The position numbers and the translations under genes were made by a program. 64,000 nt of DNA, taken from assembly GCF_052425735.1 (NCBI RefSeq), contig NC_135759.1, positions 34,224,001 through 34,288,000 on the forward strand, written 5' to 3'. The notes beneath the pieces were generated by a model that did not search any database, was not told the DNA's origin, and was given only the letters and a program-made list of their open reading frames with translations. This stretch comes from Oculina patagonica. Lineage: Eukaryota. This document shows positions 37,709 through 48,386 of the stretch, piece by piece. Each line of letters opens with the position of its first letter. Within the stretch, counting starts at the first letter, position 1.

Positions 37709-37957
37709 TTTTTAACAACTTATCTGCCCCTTAATAATTTTTTTGTACTAAATGTACGGTAATTTAGTGTACTGAACCAGAAATGAATGTTTTTCCTTCA
37801 TATGCAGAAGTTTCCACAGTGTACCACTGACTTGAGGATGTCATGTGATGTGATTCTTTGCTTAAGAGATGCTAGCTCTGTGATGAAAAAGGATGGAATA
37901 TGTTGTAAATGCTGATGTATTGCTCATTTAAAAGCGTCAAAAGGACACCTTGATGGA

Positions 37958-40351
37958 ATGGGTGCCCTGTTATCTAAATGTAAATGCAGTCAGCTTCCAC
38001 ACACCACTGATTCAGACACACCAATAGGGAAAGATCCAGACTTACCCATATCACAAAAGTTCGAAACCAAGAAGGCAGAAATAGATAGATACAGCACCTC
38101 CCTTGCTAAAACTCTTAACAGCTTTAGGCATCAGGAACGTTTTGTTGATTTTAAGATTACAGCAAGTGGAAAGGATTTTCATGTACACAAGAATGTGTTG
38201 GCTGCCAGCTGTAAGTTCTTTAGAGACTTGTTCAAAGTATCAGAAGCTGCAGTTCGTTATGAACTAGCTAATGTGGAGCCAAGTGCTGTGGAGGATGTTC
38301 TCAATTTTTTTTACACTGGTAAATGCAGACTACAGGGTCATCAGAATGCTGAATCAGTACTCAGGGTTGCAGATATCTTGGGTATACGAGATTTACGAGA
38401 AGCTCTACAAAGATACCTTACCTCAACAAAAGATATGTCTGAAGATACTGGCATCCATGAAGAATTCATTGCATGTCGTGAGGGGTCAGTTCTGAAAGGG
38501 ATAATGGAATTTTGGGTTGAAGGATTGTTCTGTGACCTCACATTAACGACTAACTGTGGAAGAATTCTTCCAGTTCACAAGAATGTTTTAGCAGCTGTCA
38601 GTTGTTATTTTCAAGGTCTATTTAGGTCTGAGATGAGAGAAGTTCATGAAAACAATGTTGACTTTGGAATGGTTAATGAAACGGTTGTCAATGAGCTACT
38701 GAATTTTATCTACAGTGGAAAGATTACCATCACTTTTAACAGTGTACGGAGCTTGCTGCAAGCTAGTGATTATTTGCTGATAGAGCACTTGAGAACAACT
38801 ATTGTTGCATTCTTAAAAGGTTCCACATCACTGAAAAACTTTTGGCACATATTTAACTTAGTAAAATCGTTTAGTTGCCTGAATGAGATTACCTCAGACG
38901 TTTTACAGTTGACTTGTAGCCATTACTGGGAAGTCGCACAATTAGATGAGTTTTTGGAAATCACTGAAGAAGACCTGAAATGGTTTCTATCAAATGATGA
39001 TATTGTGTCCAGTGAGGCTCAGATGTTAGAATCTCTGATCCGTTGGTACAAGTATTCAAAGCCTCAAAGAGAAGAATCCTTTAAGAGACTTCTTTGTTCT
39101 ATTCACATGACTAGTATTCCAGATTTGTACCTGAAATTTCTTGCTGAAAAAGAAGGTATTGAAAATTTATATTCTTACACTGGCCACCAACTTAGAGCAA
39201 AGGTTTCATTAGATGACTCGAAACGAACCGCACACTTCTACAATCTCGTAGTGTTTGGATTTTCGCGGGATCCTGATTGCTCGGGAAACCAACTGTTTTA
39301 CTGGCTTCCCTTTGCTGGTCCATGGTCATACATAACTTATCCATACAATTTTGCATCAACTACCCCTGTGGTTTTCACTGGTGATGCTTTGTATCTACAG
39401 AGATCTGGGTTCGAACCTCAACTAACTTACTTTAGCAACCCTTTGAGTGCAAAACATTCCAAACATGACTCTTCTTTGTGTTTCGCTACTTCGACAGAAC
39501 ACATATCTGATGCGCCTCAGGAATGTACTGCGGTGGCATTGGGAAACTGCATCTATTTGATAGGAGGAAACGTTAGACATAAAACCAGCAGCACTGTTCA
39601 ACGATTCAACATTGAGAAACAATCTTGGGAGCCTGTCTCAAGTATGCAAGAACGGCGTTACTATCACTCTGCTATCAACTATAGGGATAGGTTCATTTAC
39701 GTCTTTGGTGGCATTGAGGGTCAGGCATGTGTTAACCGCATTTACAAGTCAACAGTTGAGAGGTATGATCCACAAGAAGACTCCTGGTCATTTGTAGCAT
39801 CTATGCAACAACCTCGACGTAATGGCTTAGCATGTGTGTTTGCTGACAAGATCTTTGTGATTGGAGGAGAAAGCGCAGAATGTGCGTGTGCACCCAAATG
39901 TGAAGTTTATGACCCAATTACGGATGTGTGGCAGATGGGTTGTTTTCAGATACTAGAAGCCTATACTGTAAAAGCATGCAGAGACACTGGAACCTTCCGT
40001 CTTCAAATGTTCTCTAATAAAGGCTCCAGTGGAAGTAGTATTACAACGGAACCAGACCCTCTTGAGCTCAAAGTTTGCATTCCACAGGACGAGGCACTTT
40101 ATGACCATAATCACCTTAATAGGCCCTCGGTAACATGCTGTAATGGTTCTATTATTGTCTTTGATTTTGGTTCATTTTTGCTTAAAAATTTAAGGTTACC
40201 ATTTTACTTCGTCGACCCAGAAACTGGCCATTTTAGGATCTTGTATTCATTACCATCATGGCCCAGTGAGATATCACGTGGGATCATTATGCCCCTTAGT
40301 CGAAGGGACATGATCAAGGCACTCGAAGGCTACCCTGGAAACATGTGTTAA
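37958..40351 (+). CDS. Kelch-like protein, paralog A: acylation motif, BTB, BTB, BACK, Kelch (797 aa)
   Basis: Intronless ORF starting MGALLSKCKC; same domains as D; 5'UTR acceptor at 37807. Confidence 0.95.
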   Translation: MGALLSKCKCSQLPHTTDSDTPIGKDPDLPISQKFETKKAEIDRYSTSLAKTLNSFRHQERFVDFKITASGKDFHVHKNVLAASCKFFRDLFKVSEAAVRYELANVEPSAVEDVLNFFYTGKCRLQGHQNAESVLRVADILGIRDLREALQRYLTSTKDMSEDTGIHEEFIACREGSVLKGIMEFWVEGLFCDLTLTTNCGRILPVHKNVLAAVSCYFQGLFRSEMREVHENNVDFGMVNETVVNELLNFIYSGKITITFNSVRSLLQASDYLLIEHLRTTIVAFLKGSTSLKNFWHIFNLVKSFSCLNEITSDVLQLTCSHYWEVAQLDEFLEITEEDLKWFLSNDDIVSSEAQMLESLIRWYKYSKPQREESFKRLLCSIHMTSIPDLYLKFLAEKEGIENLYSYTGHQLRAKVSLDDSKRTAHFYNLVVFGFSRDPDCSGNQLFYWLPFAGPWSYITYPYNFASTTPVVFTGDALYLQRSGFEPQLTYFSNPLSAKHSKHDSSLCFATSTEHISDAPQECTAVALGNCIYLIGGNVRHKTSSTVQRFNIEKQSWEPVSSMQERRYYHSAINYRDRFIYVFGGIEGQACVNRIYKSTVERYDPQEDSWSFVASMQQPRRNGLACVFADKIFVIGGESAECACAPKCEVYDPITDVWQMGCFQILEAYTVKACRDTGTFRLQMFSNKGSSGSSITTEPDPLELKVCIPQDEALYDHNHLNRPSVTCCNGSIIVFDFGSFLLKNLRLPFYFVDPETGHFRILYSLPSWPSEISRGIIMPLSRRDMIKALEGYPGNMC

Positions 40352-40430
40352 GCTAACCTTTGTAAGATTAAATTGAATCATTTTATTTACAGCAAGTGCG
40401 TGTGGCTTTTCCTGAGAGGAGATTGTGTGT

Positions 40431-40634
40431 TAGACTATAAGCAGTCCCTATTTTTGAAGTGAAGTGAAAAAATAAATTACCGCGTGGGAGGAGGTGGCTG
40501 GCGAGGAGAGAAGTTTCTCGCCTCGCTCGCCACCTCCCCCAAGCGGTAATTTATTTTTTTCGCTTCACGCTCAACGGAATCTTCGAAAAACAATTTGCTT
40601 CAAGCTCGACAAAATAGGGACTGCTTGTAGTCTT
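40431..40634. mobile_element. MITE with 9-bp TSD next to the duplication junction (second copy 50881-51094)
   Basis: TIR TAGACTATAAGCAGTCCCTATTTT / AAAATAGGGACTGCTTGTAGTCT; TSD ATTGTGTGT; inner palindrome. Confidence 0.85.
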
Positions 40635-42466
40635 ATTGTGTGTCCACATTTATGATGCTTTTTACTTTACAGAATTTAGCAATCAGATTCACATCCCGGC
40701 AATGTCTAAATCTGAAAAGAATAAAGGGAACTAGCTTAGCCATTACTTTTTTCAAAATTTAAAACAGTTTCTGCTTCACTACTGAAAAACCCAACTTTCC
40801 TCTCCCCAAAAATATTTGTGAGCAAAGGGAACTTCGAGGTTTTTTTTCAGGTTTGGCCGTTAAAAGTTACTAGAATGGACTGGTGGAGGTGAATGTTTCC
40901 GAAACCAAAGTTATCAGTACATGGACTTGCTTGCTTAATCTTGCCGAAGTTACATGCTCGCATGCCTGTCTAAAGTTAGGAGAAAGTGATTATGGAAAAA
41001 GTTCACATCTCTCTGGTTATTTATGAAACTTCTTCTGCTCCTTACACCATTAAAGTTTGACAATGACATGACAAAGCCAAACGGCAATGAACCATTGCAT
41101 TTACCATGGGTTTCATTGCTAAGTGGCCTTTAAAGTCAACCCACCCAATTGAGAAGTGAGGGCCTCCCAGGGGGGTCCATGTTCCCCTGTTTCCAACAAA
41201 ATTTTCTTGTGTTCCCTAAAAGTATTTCTTCGACATTTGTGTTCCCTAAAATACCGTATTTATTCGATTTAACGCCGCGGTTATTATTAAATTTTCCTGG
41301 TTCGAGCGCGGCGTTTATTTGAGGGCAGCATTTATTTAAAATTTAATATATTTCTTGCTAACAACAGTATAGTAACTGAATTTTAAAAAAATTAAAAAAC
41401 AAATGTTTTAGTGCTTATCTAAAAAGTAATTTTCAATATCTCAAACATTGTTACGATCAAGGAAAACATTTTTGAGGCTTGCTCAAACTTGATTATTACT
41501 GCATTTGCTTTTTGCCGGTCTGACTTACGGGATCAGAATGGAATCAGGGATCAAATGTTGCCACATTTTGGGGATCAGGAATCAAAATTTAGAGCTAAAA
41601 TTTGGGATCAACGATGAAAAAATATACCTGGTTACGACCCTGTTATTACTGCATTTGCTTTTTGCCGGTCTGACTTACGCACGGGTTGTTTAAACGTCAG
41701 TCGCCAACAACAGTTCCTTACAGAACTACTCTCACCTGAACGATCACGCGATATGAATTGCTGATACTACTGGGTTTAAATCGTTTACTTTGATCGGCAT
41801 AATTTTATTGCACGGCAGTTAGATTTAAGATATGTTTGACTGACGGAAGTCTATTACCAACTTCTGGGACTCCCCCAGGGGTTTCAGGGGACAAGGGAAC
41901 ATGGACAATAACTTTTTGAGAACATGGGAACAAAAGGAAAATAAACCAGGGAACACGAGAACAATAACATACCGTATTTATTCGATTAAACGCCGCCTTA
42001 GGGCAGAAATATATAAACGCCGCCCTCGGCGTTTATTCAAATAATATCTTCAGAGTCAAGTCTATCTTGTCAGTCTATGATGTTTTAAGCCTGGTCTCTT
42101 GAAACTGACTGGTCATTTTTGCCATGATTTTATTGGATGTAAAGGCCTATCAACCCAGGCGATTTTTTATGCGATTTTTGTCGCGCTTCCCGATGCAACT
42201 TTTTTGTCGCGCTCGAGCTCGCGATGAAAATCGCAGGTGTAAACTTGCGGCGATCCAAAATTTTGGATAAAGACTAAGTATAAATCGAACCAGCTCTGAT
42301 AGCCTGCATACAGTGCAGCAAAAATTGGTCCAGACGCGTCAAAACGGTCCGCGGGATCCGATAATTTTTGTAAAGAAACAGTCAAGTTTTTCGCGGGGCC
42401 ATTATTGGATGGGGACAGGAGTGGGGACTGGTCTAGACCGTGGAGACTGGAAACGGGTGTGAAAGA

Positions 42467-42587
42467 CCGGAAGTTTTGGGGTCGACTACAGCAACGAAAA
42501 ATCATGGCGGATCGAAATTGACATGTAAGCAGCTCGGATATAATGCCAACACGGAACTTTGCAGGTGGACAGTCCTGGTCGGAAAAG
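42467..42587 (+). promoter_or_regulatory. Duplicated promoter and first (5'UTR) exon of paralog B
   Basis: CCGGAAGT..ATGGCGGATCGAA..ACGGAACTTT..GAAAAG|GTAAAA, homologous to 34697-34809. Confidence 0.65.
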
Positions 42588-43057
42588 GTAAAATAGGTAT
42601 TTTATTCCAAAAATTAAAGTATTGGTCACGACAAGCTTATATTTAGTACGTTTTGAGCTTGAATTTACTTTGGCAGTATTTTTGTCTAACGTACATGAAA
42701 CGTAGTGCATTATAGACAGAATACAGAGCTTATTTTTGCGACTGCTTAAGTTACGTACATGACTGCGATGATCTTTCATTCTCGTTCAAAAATATGAAAT
42801 ACAATACTGAGCTTTACGTGTACGTAACGACCAAATCGAAACTTCAACATCCCCCACTCACCCAACCGCGGGCATTTTAACTGTTGTAGTTGTTTGTTAA
42901 AATTCCCATTCCTGGGCCAAAAATGATGTTTACACCCCCCACCTAATGGTCAAATTTGGTATTGAGATGCTCTTATACTACCCCAGGACATAAATGGGAA
43001 AATGAGCAAAAGAACAAAAGTGTATTTCTTTTCAGAGTATGATTTATGCCCGGGGGG

Positions 43058-43780
43058 GATTGCTAAAAGCAGGCCGGCGGCCAACCCCACGGCCCACGGC
43101 CCGCGGCCCACCTATAAGCTTAAATAAAAAAAAAAATCCAAAGTCGAATCTTCAAATCTTCATCGAAAATCAAACGTGAACTCACTTAACATTGAAAAGG
43201 AAAATACTTCAGTCTTACCCACAATTTCAGCTCATTCATATAATGAACACCAACTTTGACGTATGGCTGGTCTTTTTTTGGTATTTGTTGACAGATATTT
43301 CTTCATTAAACACGGTTTTACCATGCATTTTTGTGTGACAACAAGGACGTGCGTTTGCAGAACGTTCGTAGCTTAGTAACCAGGCATTCGATCTGACGTC
43401 AATATGACACTGAGGCGAGAACGAAGAAACAAAACAAGATGGAGGTGTTCGGGTTTCGTTGCTATCCTATCGATAAAAAGAGATTTGGGAGTCATCTGTT
43501 CAAGAGTTTCGTAATCAGTTTGGCGAATTTGCCATCAAAGTGCAAAAAGGGGAAGAAACAGTAAGTCATGATCCTCGTCTACTACGCGCCCACGCGAATA
43601 CTTGTGGTATTTTCTCGCTCGTGTAGAAAGTATGGGCCATTGTCGGCACTTCAAACAGCTTTTAGGGGTATATGCATATATTGGTGGGCTGCGGGCCGTG
43701 AGGTGGGCCGCCGGGCCGCCGGGCCGCGGGCCGTGAAGTGGACCACTGGCCGCGGGCCGCGGGCCTGCTTTTAGCAAAAC
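43058..43780. mobile_element. Mutator-like non-autonomous element nested in a CCCGGG-ended MITE (43049-44208)
   Basis: TIR TTGCTAAAAGCAGGCC / GGCCTGCTTTTAGCAA; GGCCCRC heptamer arrays; 9-bp TSD CCCGGGGGG / CCCAGGGGG; empty site at 52937 in the sister duplicate. Confidence 0.85.
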
Positions 43781-46261
43781 CCCAGGGGGGTACTCCCTAA
43801 AACTTACCACGGGGGTGTGCCGCTGAGTCTCTAAGACTCTGGACCTGTTCCAGAGAAAAAAAGCTGAATTTGCGACCCTGTACCAGGCAAACATTGCAAA
43901 ATAGGTACCCTTCCACAATTGAAATATATGTAGATAGATATAAAAACACTAGCATATACATCACAAAGCACTCACTCTGGCTCACTTGACTTCTTCTGTG
44001 GCTTGGAGATAAAGCGATTAGGGGAGTGGAGTTTAATAGCTAACTTTGATCGTGTTTAGTCCGGATTCTGGGGGAAAAAACGACCCTGTTCCAGAGTCAA
44101 AAGGGTGATTTTTATACCCTGTTCCAGAGTCAGAGAGGCAAAAAGCATACCCTGTTGAGCGGCACATACCCGTATAGCCCTTTATATATGGGAGTACCCC
44201 CCCCCGGGATTTATACACCTAACAATGTTAAGCGGCTGGGGGGGGGGGGGAAGGCCGGGCATAGTCAGGGGATTTGACAGCAATTGTTTGCCGGTAGTGG
44301 GGACTTTTGAACATTTAAATGGATTTTCTTACAACATTTTATTGAAGTTTAGTGACTCTTTTGAATATCCACAAATGCTCTGGGGTTGGGCATTTGATCA
44401 GAAAGTCTCAGCTACGTTCAAATGCCCAGCCTATGCCCGGTCTCCCTCCCCCTCCCCCTCCCAGCAGCCTAACATTGATATGTGCATTATATGTAGAATA
44501 TTTCACTGGGATCACCCACTAGTTCCATAGTGTCCCAAGTCTTTGTTTTTTATTTGATAAAAGGGGGTTAAATAGATTATGAGCTCAAAATTTCTAAGGT
44601 GATAGGAGGGGTGTGAATAGGGGTACGTAAATCCATCAATCTGTGCTATTTTTTGTCTAAATCTGTCAATCCGTCACTATTTTGGTTTGAATTCCGCATT
44701 TCTTGAAAACTTTGTGTCATGTAGTTTCACTGCAATGAACAGTAGATATTTTTTTAAAGCCATTTTTTTAAGAATTTTCTTTCATTGCTTATTTTTGCAA
44801 CAATTCATTAACATACTGACGAAGATGGACCAAAGAGATCCAATCTTCATTTTAGTATCCATGATCCGATTTTCCTAACATGAAGAGTCTGGATTCCAGG
44901 CCAAAATTCTCAGCTTATCCGCAATACGCTGTATATTTAAAATCTGCCACGAATCCGTTCAATTATCACAAGAATTCACAATTCGTTCCCTTTTTAAGAG
45001 GCCAAATCCATCAAGTCGTGAACCTATTCAGCCCCCTCTGATAGTTGGTGAGGCTGCAGGCAAATCAACCATCACCTTAATGTTATAGAAATTAAGAGCG
45101 AATAATCTAATTATTTTAGTAGAATTCTTAGTAAAGTACTGCTACTATTAATTTTAACGATTTTAAATTAGTTTTAAGCATTTTAAATTATAATTTAAAT
45201 TGTCAAACATTCCGAGCTCACGCATACTTGTATACTAACAGCTGATAGTATACTTGTAAGTAGCTTAGCCAATCAGATTGTGGCATTTGCATTAGTATAC
45301 TAGTAAAATTCCATGGAAATAGACAGCTCAAAGTACCCTGAGAACAGAAAATCCTCCCAATTTCCCAGACCTGGGATATTTTACGGTTATATCCTCAGCG
45401 GTCTTTGTAATTAGGGTGGTAAGGGAGGGAGGTCCACATCACGAATCACAAGCTTTTTTTATTAAATCACCAAACGCATATATTTTTCGGACCATTTCAC
45501 AAATCGCATCTTAAATGGATTAAAAAATAAAATATAATTAATATAAAAAGACCTCTCTAAATTTTGACAATTTTAATTAGTAAGATTAAGGTACATAATT
45601 TGTTTTGATTTTTCACGAACATTTTCAGAATGAGTCACAAATTGTGGTCCTAAAAATTAGCAGATCACGCATCAGACTGGTCTGGCAATTTGATCATGGC
45701 CGGATTTGAGCTGGTACACTATTTTTTGCTCAAATCACGCATCAATCACATCCCTTCATTACTCTGTATAATTTCCAGGAAAACATCCCCATGTGAATCC
45801 CCCTGCGTTTCCTGTTTTCCTGAGGGTTTAATCTTTGCTGGGAAGCAGTGAATATAATCTGGATAAAAATTTATCCTGCTACTACATGAAAATGCACTTA
45901 TCAGTGCTAGGCCTGGGCCCTGGGGGGAGGGGGTAATGTTGGGTATCTGACTTTCCAGAGGAAATTTTTATGAAAATCCTTACCCTGGGCCCCCAAAAAT
46001 TGTTCAAATTAGAGCAAATCCTGCATTTTGGTCATGTCTTATAAGTGATTTCCTTGAACGCTTTGTGTATCATCATCACCACCATCATGAACTTCATTTT
46101 AGTATCAAAATCTTCTAGCATGTATTCTGAACAATAAAATATTATCACATCCTATGTAATATACAAGATTCAAAGAAATTTAATCCACACAATATCCACA
46201 AATTGAAGTGTCTTGCATTTTACTACACAAAGTGTGTTCAAATGCAAGGCCATTTCACTAA

Positions 46262-47612
46262 GGGACTGGTCAATAAGTACAGGGGGGGTGGGCCGGAGCA
46301 GAAAGGGGGTGGGTCATCAGTTTTTGAGCCCTCGAAAAGGGGTGGGTTATGTAATTTTGATCTACACGTAGGGGGTGGGTCATCTTATTTATTCACTTAC
46401 TTTTAACTGTTATAGTTCCAAGAAAAGTTGTATTCATCAGTATATAAAATTGATAAATTTCTCCATGTAAGCAGTTTTAAATGAATTTCTAGCGATTTCA
46501 AAAGGCCCAAATATAAAATTTTCCCGGGGGAGCATACCCCCTGACCCCCCTAGATGGCTTGTAATCATATCATTAGTTTTACCTGACTCTCTTCAACCTG
46601 CATAGATTCACGCTGGGCTTTAGGCCTTTAAATACCAGTAAACTCTTTTATTACACAACTAAGGTGGTCCGAGGGCTAATAACTAAATCAGTCAATCAGA
46701 TGACTTAATTTCCAGTCCCGCGAGGGCCGATATTTTCCAAGTATCGGACCGGGTTTTGTCCCGGATGATCCTGCGCTAATTCCCTCGCGATTTAGCGCAA
46801 GATTTTTGCTAGATTTTTTTGCAAGATTTTTTCGGAGTTTTTATTGCTTTGAAAATGAAATGACCTTAAACACAGAAATAATAGCGAGCGTAAAAGTTCT
46901 GCCGCACATTGTTTTCCACGACATCTACCGGGTAGCAATTCCCACTACACAAAGTTTCTAGTCTTGTAATAAATCTCTTATTAACCAAGCTTGCTCGAGA
47001 CCGTACTGTCAAGACCTCGGGCTAATATTCACCCAGTACAGCCCTCGCGCGTGGTTAATAAGATATATTTCTCAAACAATTTGCAAATATGAATGATGGA
47101 CAGTGGTTGTATTTTATTTATGTTATTAATTTCTGTATAAAAATATGAACTCTTTAATATATAATTGATTATGAATTAATATCATATACTGATTCAGTTT
47201 TTTGCATATGTTTGTGTCTAAATTTCCCCATGGACTTTACACACAAATATGTGGAAAACTTACAAAAGGCTAGTATGAGAAGTGATAAATTCATCCTTCT
47301 TTGGTGTGTCAAGAAATGGAAAAAAGACGTACATGGAACAGCAGTGTTCATCAGGGAAAATGTCTATGTAGGGAATTTCACTTAAAAAGCTGAAGTCAAA
47401 TAAAAAATCTCCAACCCCTAACAGATGATAAAGAAATGATAGGTCCCTTGATTTTTTTTTAGCAAAGGGGGTGGGTCATGTAATTTTCAACCCCCTGTCA
47501 GGGGTGGGTTAGTCGGTTTTGAGCCAGACGGAAGGGGTGGGTCACAAATTTTTGAGCCACCACTTTTCCAATTGCTCCGGCCCACCCCCCCTGATACTTA
47601 TTGACCAGTCCC
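46262..47612. mobile_element. PIF/Harbinger-like non-autonomous element (1351 bp)
   Basis: TIR GGGACTGGTCAATAAGTA..GGGGGGTGGGCCGGAGCA / TGCTCCGGCCCACCCCCC..TACTTATTGACCAGTCCC; TAA TSD; empty site at 55424 in the sister duplicate. Confidence 0.88.
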
Positions 47613-47642
47613 TAAAAACAGAAAATAAAAATAAAGTCACGT

Positions 47643-47868
47643 TGGTGGCCATGGTGGACTCCAGGTTAAGCGGTCTGGGTTTAATCCCCAGCTGGGGTCA
47701 ATGCATTGTGTTCTTGGGAAAGATACATAACTCTCATGGTGTCTCTCTGCACCCTGGGGTATAGATGGGTACCAGCAAATTTAATGCTGAGAGTTACCCT
47801 GCAATGGGCTAGCATCCCATCCAGAAATGTTCCTAATTGCATAATGCTATGGAAACTGGAATAAGTCA
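47643..47868 (+). mobile_element. Deu/Nin-like SINE (duplicate copy at 55454-55705)
   Basis: Homologous to 902-1192. Confidence 0.65.
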
Positions 47869-48386
47869 GGGAAAATTGATATTTTGAAGATAAATCATGG
47901 AAAATTGAAATTATTACATCACTGATTTAATATTATTGATACTGGAAGAAACATGGCAGGTCAATGTGATCTTAGCCTGCGTGCAGCGGTCTCCTAGGGC
48001 AGAAGGCAATAGGAGATAGCTGCGCACATGCTAATGTGATCTCAGCAATGTTTTGTTTTGGAAGCAGAGGGTGGAGGCCAACTGTATCTGACATTTGGTA
48101 TTTATTTGGTAAGGGAAAGTGAATTTTTGTCGGGGGAAAATCAGGCAATTTTTAAAACTGATGTCTCTGCCTCTTAAGGTTTTTTGCACTAAATGCTTTT
48201 ATTGTATTAAACAGAAATGAATGTTTTTGTTTCATATACAGACGTTCCCACAGTGTACCATTGAAGCAGTTGAGGATGTTGTGTGATGTGACTTCTCTGC
48301 ATAGGAGATGCTAGCTTTAAGATAACGCAGGAATATGTTGGAATTGCACATTAGTTTTATAAGCTTCAAAAAGACACCTCGATAAA

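Noticed and set aside
42167-44878. Short ORFs repeated in both spacers as conserved small proteins
   Set aside because: Similarity comes from recent duplication; they overlap MITEs and several differ by frameshifting indels.
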